Assembly (NCBI GenBank): GCA_963765495.1
Contig: CAVXWP010000007.1
Coordinates: 288,001-352,000, forward strand
DNA length: 64,000 nt
DNA from: Blastocatellia bacterium
GTDB lineage: Bacteria; Acidobacteriota; Blastocatellia; UBA7656
Direction: 5' to 3'
Shown: one piece after another, positions 38,050 to 47,563 of the stretch
Layout: the number at the start of each line of letters is the position of its first letter
Position numbering within the stretch: the first letter of the stretch is position 1
The notes under the pieces: generated by a model
Databases searched by the model: none
Told to the model about the DNA's origin: nothing
The model's input: the letters and a program-made list of their open reading frames with translations, nothing else
Program-made: the position numbers and the translations under genes

Positions 38050-38093
38050 TTCCTGTGATCTTGGCAGGTCAATCTGCGAACTGAATGGACCTG
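38050..38093. repeat. Copy 2 of the 44-bp imperfect direct repeat
   Basis: ttcctgtgatcttggcaggtcaatctgcgaactgaatggacctg. Confidence 0.8.
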
Positions 38094-38107
38094 CCTGATC
38101 GCGCCTG

Positions 38108-40396
38108 TCACTCTTCAATCTCTTTAACCGACGGACCATCGAGCGAGTATTTTCTCTCGTGCGTGTCGGGCGGGCGGCTCACTGAAACTATGTCAATGAA
38201 ACGGCCTAATTGATGGTTCAGACTTTCAGCCTTTTCTGGCATACGGTCGTAGAGGTTTCTCAGCTCTTGCGGGTCAGACTTCAGATCGTACAACTCGAAA
38301 CTGTGAGGGTCGCGGTTGTATATCAGCTTATATCCGTCCTGCGCGATGATCATGTACTTTCTGGTTTCAGGGTCGAGTATTTCGTCCTGTTCCACAAACG
38401 GAGAATCGCTCAAATGCACGTGTTCGCCGTAAACCGGAGGCAGGTTGACAGGCTCGCCGCGCATCAAAGGCAGCAGGCTTATTCCGGCGTACCCTTCGGG
38501 GCAATTGAGGCCAACCGCGCTCAGGATAGTAGAGCCCAGATCAATCGTGCTGACGTAATCGGGAATTCGCCGGGGCGCAAGATGAGGCACATAAAATATC
38601 ATAGGCACTTTCATCTGCTCGTTATAAACCTGCGACGTGTGCTTATAGACGCCGCGCTCGCCGAGCGATTCGCCGTGATCGGCCATAAGGATTATCATCG
38701 TGTTATCGAGGCGGCCTGTCTCTTCGAGCCAGTCGAAGAGCCTGCCGTAGTGATAGTCGCTATAGGCGATCTCGCCGTCATAGAGATCGGCGGGCGACGA
38801 GCCGAAATTATAATCCTCGTATCTCTTATACGGCATATGCGGCTCGGAAGAGTAAATATAAGCGCAGAAGGGGCGGTCCTGTGGAAGTTCGCCGATCAGC
38901 TTTATCGCATCGTCAATGGTCTTTTTTACGGTTCTGGTCTTCTCTTGCACTCGCATGTGAGCGGCGTTTATGCGGCGAGGAATAGTCTCGATGCGGCGGC
39001 CGGGAAACAGTATCGTGTCGTATCCGTTCTGGTAAAGCACTTCCGGCCAGGGATCGAGATGCGCGTCCCAGTAAGACGATTGCATGAATTTTGGAACCGC
39101 TTCGAAAGTAGAGGGCGAGGGCGTAAACCCGTTTTCAAAGACAAAGGATCGCGCCGCGAGTTTGTCTATGTTTGGAGTGATATTTCTTGAATAACCATAT
39201 GCGCCGAGGTGGCTCGCCCGCAGGGTATCTATGAATATGTAGATCACATTGTATGGCTTTGCCGATAACGTTGCGGGCGCGTGAAGAGATCGTCTTTCGC
39301 GTTTCCACTCTTCGAGAGACTCTTCGCTCAAATCGCCGCCTATCAGGTTGTTATCGATGTTGTCGCCTATAATTTCAACCTGGCCGGGATTTACGTCGGC
39401 TCGCGTATCGTCGCTATCGCCTCCGCCAAGATATGGTGAATAGCCGTCGCGGTCTCTGTCGAGCGCCCACTGTATCAACTTGAAGTATTGTTTCATCCCC
39501 GTGGAGCGGTAAAAGACCTGAGTCTTCAGGTTTTGATTTCTGTCGAATCGGGCAAAGGTAAATCCGGCAAGGGCTATCAACACAAGTATCGCAAGCGCGA
39601 GAATTATTTTTCTGCGAGCAGGCTGCAAAGATAGCGGACGAGCGTAAGAAATAAAGAGAGAGCCGACCAGCGCCATCGCAAGCGTCAGACCCGTCAGAAA
39701 CATCAAGCGGTGTAGCGAATACTCATACTGCTGCACCTCTATCCGCGAGTCTATGTAATAGGTGGCTGCGATTACGAGTGTAAGACCGGCAAGCCACACC
39801 TTTTTCATCAGAGACGACATTCGTCCCGACCTCATCGTAAGCGTATAAAGCACCGCGCAGGCAAAGAACCCTCCCGCAAGCGAAAGGTAAACGGCGGGCC
39901 CTTCCACTTTATAGAGCACATCGCCAAATCGTATCTTTCCTGCCTCTCTGACAAGGCTCAGGGCGAAACGATAGACAGGCCGTACGGGGTAGAGCAGGGC
40001 GGCAGCCGCGAGCGAGAGCGCAACCAGAGCTATCGGCCTGTGCAGCATTCGCGTATTGCCTCCTCTTGCCAGTGCTTTTTCGACGAATCTGTAAAGGAAC
40101 CCGCCCGTATAGGCTACCAGCCCTACAAGCAGTCCGATCATAGCGCCGACCAGAAGGTTCAGGCTGCAATAGGTCAGAAGAACCAGCCTGTCTGAGGAGG
40201 AAGAGAATACCGGCGAAAGCTGAATATTCAAATCGACCTGCTCCACAAGACTGAAAAGCAGGGCGGCTCCCAACCCCACGAGCACATGAGTTGCCAATGT
40301 GGCTGCGAGTGAAGCCGGGTGTCTTTGAGGTCTGGCTGAGTCGGATTTCTCGGTCAGGTCTTTTAAGGGTGCTATTGAATCTCCAACGGCGGACAC
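38108..40396 (-). CDS. Membrane-anchored sulfatase/AlkP-fold protein, paralog 2
   Basis: Same architecture as paralog 1; FIDTLRASH, TPSPST, EPH, ADHGE. Confidence 0.88.
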   Translation of the reverse strand: MSAVGDSIAPLKDLTEKSDSARPQRHPASLAATLATHVLVGLGAALLFSLVEQVDLNIQLSPVFSSSSDRLVLLTYCSLNLLVGAMIGLLVGLVAYTGGFLYRFVEKALARGGNTRMLHRPIALVALSLAAAALLYPVRPVYRFALSLVREAGKIRFGDVLYKVEGPAVYLSLAGGFFACAVLYTLTMRSGRMSSLMKKVWLAGLTLVIAATYYIDSRIEVQQYEYSLHRLMFLTGLTLAMALVGSLFISYARPLSLQPARRKIILALAILVLIALAGFTFARFDRNQNLKTQVFYRSTGMKQYFKLIQWALDRDRDGYSPYLGGGDSDDTRADVNPGQVEIIGDNIDNNLIGGDLSEESLEEWKRERRSLHAPATLSAKPYNVIYIFIDTLRASHLGAYGYSRNITPNIDKLAARSFVFENGFTPSPSTFEAVPKFMQSSYWDAHLDPWPEVLYQNGYDTILFPGRRIETIPRRINAAHMRVQEKTRTVKKTIDDAIKLIGELPQDRPFCAYIYSSEPHMPYKRYEDYNFGSSPADLYDGEIAYSDYHYGRLFDWLEETGRLDNTMIILMADHGESLGERGVYKHTSQVYNEQMKVPMIFYVPHLAPRRIPDYVSTIDLGSTILSAVGLNCPEGYAGISLLPLMRGEPVNLPPVYGEHVHLSDSPFVEQDEILDPETRKYMIIAQDGYKLIYNRDPHSFELYDLKSDPQELRNLYDRMPEKAESLNHQLGRFIDIVSVSRPPDTHERKYSLDGPSVKEIEE

Positions 40397-40485
40397 TTAC
40401 TCTCCTTACCCAATCACTAAATTTGGGAGACTGATGAGAGAAGAAAATATAAGTCATAACTTTCATCGGAGTCAAACAGGCTGGT

Positions 40486-40531
40486 CATATCAGAAGTCGG
40501 CATCCTGCGCAGGATGCCGACTTCTGATATG
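40486..40531. repeat. Perfect 46-bp palindrome with no spacer
   Basis: catatcagaagtcggcatcctgc|gcaggatgccgacttctgatatg. Confidence 0.97.
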
Positions 40532-40532
40532 G

Positions 40533-40611
40533 CAGGATTTACAGGATTTAGAGAGATTGAGAAAAATCTTGTTTAATTTCTTCAAAATCCTGCAAATCCT
40601 GTCAAAAATCC
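40533..40611. repeat. Inverted 9-mer arrays (ACAGGATTT / AAATCCTG)
   Basis: caggatttacaggattt ... aaaatcctgcaaatcctgtc. Confidence 0.8.
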
Positions 40612-40683
40612 GGGTGTGGTTGAAGAAAATCCGGGCTGCAAGTATATTCATGAGTCGGTTTGACCGGAGAAGTATAAGCGATT

Positions 40684-42351
40684 ATGAGTGATAAACTTTT
40701 AGTTATTGGACTTGACGGCGCATCTTTCAACGTACTGGACTCGCTCGTAGGCAAGGGGCATCTGCCGAATATTGCCAAACTGATAGCCTCGGGAACGCGC
40801 GCCAATCTTGAGACCACCTTTCCGCCGATCACGGCCGTTGCGTGGTCTTCTTTTATGACGGGCAAAAACCCCGGCAAACACGGCATATTCGAGTTTGTCA
40901 GACGCGATCACACGTCAAAGCGCGAGCTTGCCGTAAACGCCTCTTTCAGACAGGGCCGCGCCATCTGGGATCTGCTTTCGGAAGCGGGCAAGCGCGTAAT
41001 AGTTCATAATTTCCCCTGTACCTATCCGCCTCGCGCGATAAACGGCCTTTTGATAGCCGACTTCATGACTCCGCGCGGGCGCAGAGATTTTACCTATCCG
41101 GCCTCGCTGCTTGCCGAGCTTGAAGACAAATTCGGGCCGTATCAATTGCACCTGTCTCAGACCTACGGCGATGGAAATGTCGAAGGCGTGCTGGATGAAT
41201 TAAACAGCGAGCTTGATTACAAAGCGAAGGTCAGCGAGTACCTTATGACCGGGTACGAGTGGGATGCCTTCTTTCAATATTTCTGGGGCACCGACCGCAT
41301 ACAGCACGAACTATGGCACATAATTGATGAAGACCATCCCCGACACAACCCGGAAGAGGCCCGGCTCTATCGCGATAAGGTGTATGAATATTTTCGCCGC
41401 GTAGACCAGACCATGGGGCGATTGATAGAGCTTGCCGGGCCGCGCTCTCTGGTCTGGGTGGCCTCGGATCACGGTTTCGGTCCGGCGCACAAATATTGCT
41501 CGTTCAATATCTGGCTGATGCAGCAGGGCTTTCTCAAGCTGAAACGCGATGCTGTAACGCGTGTCAAGAAGCTCATGTTTTCAGCCGGGCTGACCCCGGA
41601 GCTTGCCTTCAAAATAGTAAAAAAACTCCCGCTTGGTGCCTTGCGGCCCGCGCGCGGAGTCAGCAATAATCCGGGCGCGTCGAAACTTCTAAGCACCTTT
41701 TTTCTCTCTTTCAATGATGTGGACTGGACGCGAACAGAGGCGTTTTCAAAAGGCAACTACGGCCAGATATATGTAAACCTCAAGGGGCGCGAGCCGGAAG
41801 GGATCATCGAAGAGAGTGATTACGAACGGGTCTGTCAAGAGATCGTCGCTCGCCTGAAATCGTTGAAAGACCCTCTGACGGGCGAGCAGTGGGTGGGCGA
41901 GGTCTTTCGACGCGAAGAGATTTACACCGGCCCGCTTGTAGCCGATGCGCCCGACATCGCCTTCCTGCCGCGCGATATGCGTTACCTGCCACTTGGAAAC
42001 GCCGATTTTACATCCAACAAATTCATGGTAGATGCCTTCGGAATATCGGGTTGTCATCGCATGCACGGCGTAATGATCGCAAACGGCGGGCCGATAAAGC
42101 CTGCCTTTGATGCTCGCGTCACTCGGATTTACGATGTAGCGCCGACCCTGCTATACCTGCTGGGTCAGGGCGTACCCGAAGACATGGACGGGCACGTTTT
42201 GTCTGAGATAATTTCCGAAGAGTATATAAAAGCACATCCGATCAACTTTACCGCCGAAAGCGACGAAGGGCAGACGGGCGAGATCGAGTTTACGCCCGAA
42301 GAGAATGAGGATGTGATCGAGAGATTAAAGAGCCTGGGGTACATAGGTTAA
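40684..42351 (+). CDS. AlkP-superfamily nucleotide pyrophosphatase/phosphodiesterase-like protein
   Basis: IGLDGA, TFPPITAVAWSSFMTGKNPGKHGIF, TDRIQH, SDHGFG, C-terminal RLKSLGY. Confidence 0.9.
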   Translation: MSDKLLVIGLDGASFNVLDSLVGKGHLPNIAKLIASGTRANLETTFPPITAVAWSSFMTGKNPGKHGIFEFVRRDHTSKRELAVNASFRQGRAIWDLLSEAGKRVIVHNFPCTYPPRAINGLLIADFMTPRGRRDFTYPASLLAELEDKFGPYQLHLSQTYGDGNVEGVLDELNSELDYKAKVSEYLMTGYEWDAFFQYFWGTDRIQHELWHIIDEDHPRHNPEEARLYRDKVYEYFRRVDQTMGRLIELAGPRSLVWVASDHGFGPAHKYCSFNIWLMQQGFLKLKRDAVTRVKKLMFSAGLTPELAFKIVKKLPLGALRPARGVSNNPGASKLLSTFFLSFNDVDWTRTEAFSKGNYGQIYVNLKGREPEGIIEESDYERVCQEIVARLKSLKDPLTGEQWVGEVFRREEIYTGPLVADAPDIAFLPRDMRYLPLGNADFTSNKFMVDAFGISGCHRMHGVMIANGGPIKPAFDARVTRIYDVAPTLLYLLGQGVPEDMDGHVLSEIISEEYIKAHPINFTAESDEGQTGEIEFTPEENEDVIERLKSLGYIG

Positions 42352-42372
42352 GGATTAATGTTAGGCAAGGAG

Positions 42373-42630
42373 AGCGCCCTGGAAGGGCGCGAGGATACTG
42401 CGCTAAATCACTCTGCAAGAGATTGGTACAAATGAGTTTGAATGGAAGGTAGATCGGAATAGGCCGCGGATTAGCGCGGATCAGACTTTATATGAGCTAA
42501 TCCGCGTATATCCGCCGCATCCGCGTCATCCGCGGCCTATTTCTAATGACACTACTTTGGAGTTTCGTTTGTACAAATCTTGCGCATTTCGATTTAGAAA
42601 TGGCGTATCCTCGCGCCCTTTCAGGGCGCA
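42373..42630. repeat. REP-like GCGCCC-N5-GGGCGC pair enclosing a CGCGGAT 9-mer inverted element (42458-42542)
   Basis: gcgccctggaagggcgc and gcgccctttcagggcgc flank aataggccgcgga...tccgcggcctatt. Confidence 0.8.
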
Positions 42631-42774
42631 CAATTGGTTTGCACTTCTTTCAAGAGACTGCGCCTTTGGCTTGCCACTGGCTATCTTCCTTCGCCCCCCC
42701 CCGGGGGCGAGGATATGCGGAACTTGAGAGCCGTGTGATCGCGCTCAGGCGAAGAAGGGAATCGAATTAACGGC

Positions 42775-44334
42775 ATGGTAGCAACAACGGAAACAAACCT
42801 GCGCGAAATACCCGCTCTTCGCCGACTGGAATGGTTCGACCGTCGCCGGTTGTTTTTCGCCTCTCTTGTGATCGGCGCATTGATATACGGGCAGTATCAA
42901 TTCTATAAGCTCCCGGCGAGCGGAGACCGCGCCAACTGGGATTATTTTGCTCAGGTCATTTCGCGCGGCGGCGTGCCTTATCGAGATGTGGTGAATATAA
43001 AAGGCCCGATGTCGGCCTACATAGGCGCGGCGGCAATCGTGGCTCTGCGGCCCTTGGGCGTGCGCGATGTGCTGGCGGTGCGCATCGCCTATATGGCGCT
43101 GGGAATACTTATAATCGGCTTTACCTTTTTGCTGGCCTGCGATTATTTCAACAGTCTTCGCGCAGGCATACTGGCCGCTCTCATCCTTCTGTCATTCGTC
43201 CAGTTCATCATTGCCAACTGCGGCGGCATCCAGCCCAAGACGCCGATGATTCTATTTGGGCTCGTGGCGCTATGGGCCATAATCAAAGATCGCCCGATGC
43301 TTGCCGGATTGTTTGGCATGTTTTCGGCCCTGTGCTGGCAACCGGGACTGCTGTTTGTCGGGGCCGCCGGTCTTGCTTTCTCGCGCTATCTTACAAGCTG
43401 GCGCGATCTGAAGGTAGTCAGGTTGCTTGTGGGCGCGTTGCTTCCGCTTGCCGCTCAAATCTTGTATCTATGGGCGCAGGGCGGGCTAAGAGATTTTTAC
43501 CTCTGGACCATACATTTCAACCTGACCGTTTACGCTCCTCAGGAGATGAGAAGCGCTTCAAACTTCGCCGGTCTTCTCGTGCGACTGGTGACAAGAGTTT
43601 ATCGCTATCAGCTTGTATATTTCCTGCTTGCGGTCCCTGCTTTCATAGCCGTTCTTGTGGCGGAAATAAGGCGCGCAATCAGAGGCGGGATGAGCTATTT
43701 GAAAGATGCGGCTCCTCGCCACGCGATACTGATTTCGCCGATTGTCTATTTTGCTTTTTGCGCGATAGATATGCAGGGAGTCGGAGACATGTTTCCATTC
43801 CTGCCCTTTATTTCGGCATTTGCCGCCCTTGCGCTGGTTTATCTTCTGGACTGGGCCGTCGATCTTTTGCGCTCCAAAAAAACAGCGCCTTATTTGCATC
43901 TCATAAGGAGCGCGGGATTCGCCGCGCTTCTGTTTCTCGCATCCGCCGCGGGCGAGGCAAGGGCATTTATGTTTCAGGTGAGGTCTCCCACGCTTCAGGA
44001 ACAGGAGGCCGAGGTGGCCGAAATGACTTCGCACATGCAACCGGGCGACAAAATATTCGCGCACGGGCTGAGCGAGGTGCTCGTTCTTTCAGGGCTGACC
44101 AATGCAAGCAAGTATTTCTTTCTCGACCGGGGCAAGGATACTTATTTAGACACGGTGGAGCCGGGCGGATTTAACGGCTGGTTTGAGAGACTGAAGGCTG
44201 AAAGGCCAAAGATAGTTGCGTTGTCTCGGCTGAAGCCCGTAGAGCATAGCAAGGATTTTGTGGACTGGGTGCACGAGGATTATGTACTGCACACCGGTCG
44301 AGTACTGGAATATTACCTCAGAAAAGACCAGTAA
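42775..44334 (+). CDS. GT-C fold membrane glycosyltransferase (PMT/ArnT-like, polyprenol-P-sugar dependent)
   Basis: About 11 TM; first loop GGVPYRDVVNIKGP; C-terminal soluble domain PGDKIFAHG. Confidence 0.72.
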   Translation: MVATTETNLREIPALRRLEWFDRRRLFFASLVIGALIYGQYQFYKLPASGDRANWDYFAQVISRGGVPYRDVVNIKGPMSAYIGAAAIVALRPLGVRDVLAVRIAYMALGILIIGFTFLLACDYFNSLRAGILAALILLSFVQFIIANCGGIQPKTPMILFGLVALWAIIKDRPMLAGLFGMFSALCWQPGLLFVGAAGLAFSRYLTSWRDLKVVRLLVGALLPLAAQILYLWAQGGLRDFYLWTIHFNLTVYAPQEMRSASNFAGLLVRLVTRVYRYQLVYFLLAVPAFIAVLVAEIRRAIRGGMSYLKDAAPRHAILISPIVYFAFCAIDMQGVGDMFPFLPFISAFAALALVYLLDWAVDLLRSKKTAPYLHLIRSAGFAALLFLASAAGEARAFMFQVRSPTLQEQEAEVAEMTSHMQPGDKIFAHGLSEVLVLSGLTNASKYFFLDRGKDTYLDTVEPGGFNGWFERLKAERPKIVALSRLKPVEHSKDFVDWVHEDYVLHTGRVLEYYLRKDQ

Positions 44335-44336
44335 TA

Positions 44337-44433
44337 GTGATTCGTGATTCGTGATTCGTGATCCGTGACTTTCAGGCAGATCGCCTGTTTAAATATAAAT
44401 TGCAAGACAGGTAAATCACGCATCACGAATCAC
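44337..44433. repeat. Inverted heptamer arrays (GTGATTC)x4 ... (GAATCAC)x3
   Basis: Starts 2 nt after the GT-C stop; gtgattcgtgattcgtgattcgtgatccgtga ... aatcacgcatcacgaatcac. Confidence 0.92.
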
Positions 44434-44701
44434 TCTCCACGCATTCCTAAGATAGAAGCCGACTCAACCGGCCAAACGCGAATGCCTTGAATCAATGTGG
44501 TTTTGGGCTTGCTTGATAAGTCGAGATGCTGGCCTGTAGAATTGCAAGTTTGCAGGCTGCTTCTGTTGATTTATGGAAGGATGTGAAAGGATGTCGGTTC
44601 AATCAGAGGCGGCCTTGGCGAATTTTGACGGCGGCAGCGGATTGGATTCCAGGTCTGAAATCAGCATGTCCGAAGGCAAAGGGAGAGGAATATAAACTCG
44701 T

Positions 44702-45970
44702 ATGGCAGTCGCCGGGCTAACACTCAAGAGGGCGATCAGAAAACCGGCCGAATCCCTGTTAAAGGTATATCTGTCGAGTCTGCCCCGCATCAAATTTGAT
44801 CCCGCGAAGGTCAATCGCATACTGGTATTTGCCTATCACGGTCTTGGCAATTTCATAATGTATACGCCCGCCTTGAGCTTGCTTCGTGGGCGCTACCCCA
44901 GAGCCAGGATCGATCTTCAGGTCGGAAACAACACGGGATGCGAAGATGTGCTTTCGGGGGCGGGGCTGTTTGATAATATTTATAACCTGCCTTACTCTGC
45001 CGGGCCGCGAGCCTGGATTGCCCGCGCGCGCGCGATTAAAGAGACCGCTTACGACCTGACTTTAAATGAATTTCACAGCCACTCGTGGCCGCTGGCCCTG
45101 CTCGTGTCGGCAAGCCATGCTCCCTTCCGCGCCGGTCACGTCACCAGCCCCGGCTGGCCGCAATGGCAAAGCCCTTATAGCTTTGTATTCAATCTTCCTG
45201 TAAAGATGCGTGAGGGCGAACACGAAGTAGAGCGTTATCTTGATCTGGTGGCCAAAGCCGGTGTCGAGCGGGTTGAGCTTTCGGAGGCCAGGACTTTTAT
45301 TCATCTCGACGAAGCAGACAGAGAATTTGCCCGGCGTTTTTTTGAGCAATCCGGGCTTTTGCCTTCCGGTTCGGTAATAGGGATACAGCCGGGCACCTCG
45401 CCCAACATGCGTTGGAAGCAGTGGCCCCTCGACCGCTATCGTTCCTTGATCGAGCGGCTGAGCGCGGAGCGGCCCGAAGCGCGAATCGTACTGTTCGGTT
45501 CTCCGGGCGAGGCCGAAATGATTTCGGACCTGGCCGCCGGGTTTGGGGCAAACGTATCAATTGCGGCGGGCAAAACTACCGTAAAACAGGTGGCCGCATT
45601 GATCGAACGCTGCCAGATGCTCCTGTGCAACGACAGCGGTCTGATGCACATGGCCGTCGCGGTCGGCACCCCTGTCGTAGCCATCTACGGCCCGACAGAC
45701 ATCAACCGCACGGCCCCGCTCGGCTCGCGTCATTCAATCATCAGGCACGAGCTTCCCTGTAGCCCGTGCTTCAAACTCGAAGGTGACGAGCAGGTAACCT
45801 CCTGTCCTCATCACGATTGCCTGATGACGATAGCCCCGGATGAAGTTTTTCAGGCCGTGTGCAGGACGGTCGAACGCGTTCAATTGCGGGACGGTCGAAA
45901 TCCTGACGCGGCATATAAGAGGGCCGAGACATCTGTTGCGACAACTGCTCTGAGCGATATGCAGGCTTGA
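44702..45970 (+). CDS. Glycosyltransferase family 9 (WaaF-like heptosyltransferase)
   Basis: GLGN, HEVERY, PG....KQWP, NDSGLMHMAVAVGTPVVAIYGPT, CSPC. Confidence 0.92.
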   Translation: MAVAGLTLKRAIRKPAESLLKVYLSSLPRIKFDPAKVNRILVFAYHGLGNFIMYTPALSLLRGRYPRARIDLQVGNNTGCEDVLSGAGLFDNIYNLPYSAGPRAWIARARAIKETAYDLTLNEFHSHSWPLALLVSASHAPFRAGHVTSPGWPQWQSPYSFVFNLPVKMREGEHEVERYLDLVAKAGVERVELSEARTFIHLDEADREFARRFFEQSGLLPSGSVIGIQPGTSPNMRWKQWPLDRYRSLIERLSAERPEARIVLFGSPGEAEMISDLAAGFGANVSIAAGKTTVKQVAALIERCQMLLCNDSGLMHMAVAVGTPVVAIYGPTDINRTAPLGSRHSIIRHELPCSPCFKLEGDEQVTSCPHHDCLMTIAPDEVFQAVCRTVERVQLRDGRNPDAAYKRAETSVATTALSDMQA

Positions 45971-45995
45971 ATTCCAATAATATTTTCGCGGATTG

Positions 45996-47027
45996 ATGAT
46001 GAAATTTTTACTCCTGTTCTTGATTGTGGTACCACTTGTCGGGCTTTCAAACTGCCGCTCGCTTGAGCGCGCATCGGCGGAAAAGCCTCCGCTTACTCGT
46101 TGCCTGGATGATCTTGAAACCATCCCCGCCATGGCCGCTTTGCTCAAAGACCGCAGCAAAAAACAGGCGAACCCGGAAGGGGAGGGCGAAAAAAATGAGC
46201 GCCCTCTCGAAGGCATGGAAATGGCCCTGACCATCAACAGCATGGTGCGCAGTCAGGGCGAGCCCGAGGGCGGAGAAGATAACTGGTGCTCGAATGAAAA
46301 CAGCGTCGAGAATTTCAATAAGATACTCGATGCTCTCAAGCGTAACGACATACCCCCCACGGTCAGCTTCATCATGGGAGAGAATCTGGATGAGATGCTT
46401 GTCAGGCGCTGGCTGCAAAGCGGCAACCTGATAGGCAATATGACCTATAGCCGCGCGAAGACCAGAAAAAAAGGCGCGGAAAAATTTATCGAGGATGTGG
46501 AGCGCAATGATGAAGTGCTCGCCCCGTTCTGGAAAGATTTCCCTCCCGCGCATAAGTATTTTCGCTTTCCGCGTCTGAAGCCGGGCAGAACCGAAGAGAT
46601 TCGCACGCAGATTCGCGCCTTTCTTAATGATAAGAAATATGTGGAAGTGCCTGCGACGATTGATGCGTGGGATAACAGATTCAGCGGAATCTATTGCGCG
46701 GCCCTGGCCAGAGAAGATCAAAACTGCGCCAATTTGGTCACCGCCCACTTCAAGACATTGATGCTTGCCGTTGTGACCAAGGCGCGCGCAGTCGGTCGCA
46801 AGCGTACGGGCCACGATGTTAAGCATATACTCATGGTAGGCGCAAACCAGTTTACGGCAGATACGCTTGCCGACATGCTGGCCTGGTATAAGAGCCTGGG
46901 CGTGAAATTCATCACGCTTGATGAAGCCCTGAGCGATCCTATCTATTCGAGCGTGGACGACAAAGGAAAACCCGCATCTCGCGCCTTGATTCGAGCGGCC
47001 CAGCGCGGGTCGCTGTCCGAAAAGTAG
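45996..47027 (+). CDS. Exported polysaccharide deacetylase (NodB/CE4)-fold protein, catalytic residues degenerate
   Basis: ALTINS (for ALTFDD), GNMTYSR (for GNHTYSH), YFRFP, ILMVGAN (for LLLHAN), FITLDEALSDP. Confidence 0.8.
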   Translation: MMKFLLLFLIVVPLVGLSNCRSLERASAEKPPLTRCLDDLETIPAMAALLKDRSKKQANPEGEGEKNERPLEGMEMALTINSMVRSQGEPEGGEDNWCSNENSVENFNKILDALKRNDIPPTVSFIMGENLDEMLVRRWLQSGNLIGNMTYSRAKTRKKGAEKFIEDVERNDEVLAPFWKDFPPAHKYFRFPRLKPGRTEEIRTQIRAFLNDKKYVEVPATIDAWDNRFSGIYCAALAREDQNCANLVTAHFKTLMLAVVTKARAVGRKRTGHDVKHILMVGANQFTADTLADMLAWYKSLGVKFITLDEALSDPIYSSVDDKGKPASRALIRAAQRGSLSEK

Positions 47028-47146
47028 CAAGCCATTCAGTTCTTGCCTCGCGGAGATTCGGCGTTAGAGGTATTGGAGATGAGTTTGAGCGAAAAGCAAG
47101 CGGTCTTGATAGAGTTCACAAGCCGATTTTATTATCTTGGTAATTG

Positions 47147-47539
47147 ATGAGTGAACGCAAAATAAATCGGATTCTGCTTCGCGGCCTGAGACTGAAGTGC
47201 CCTGCCTGCGGCAAGGGATCGCTGTTTCGATCCGGCTTTGCTGTAAACGAATCCTGCCCCTGTTGCTCGATGATCTTCCTGCGCGAGCAGGGATATTTCA
47301 TCGGCGCACTTTATATCAACATTGCGGCAACCGAACTGCTGATCGGGTTTGTATACCTGCTCGCGCTGCTCGCTGTAAAGATCGCCGATGATATTATTTA
47401 CCCCGCGCTTTTTGCCCTGGCGCTTATCCTGCCGATATTATTTTATCGCCACGCCAGAAGCTTCTGGCTCAGTCTGGATTATCTGATTGATCCGCCCCCC
47501 GGCTCAGAAGAGAGAGCCCTCAAAGAAGGCGGCTGTTGA
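47147..47539 (+). CDS. DUF983-like Zn-ribbon membrane protein
   Basis: RGLRLKCPACGKGSLF...CPCC...REQGYFIGA, two TM helices. Confidence 0.8.
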   Translation: MSERKINRILLRGLRLKCPACGKGSLFRSGFAVNESCPCCSMIFLREQGYFIGALYINIAATELLIGFVYLLALLAVKIADDIIYPALFALALILPILFYRHARSFWLSLDYLIDPPPGSEERALKEGGC

Positions 47540-47563
47540 CCTGATTGTCTTCCGGCCCGCTTT

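Noticed and set aside
35646-40396. Annotation as true arylsulfatases
   Set aside because: No (C/S)xPxR formylglycine motif and no maturase nearby.
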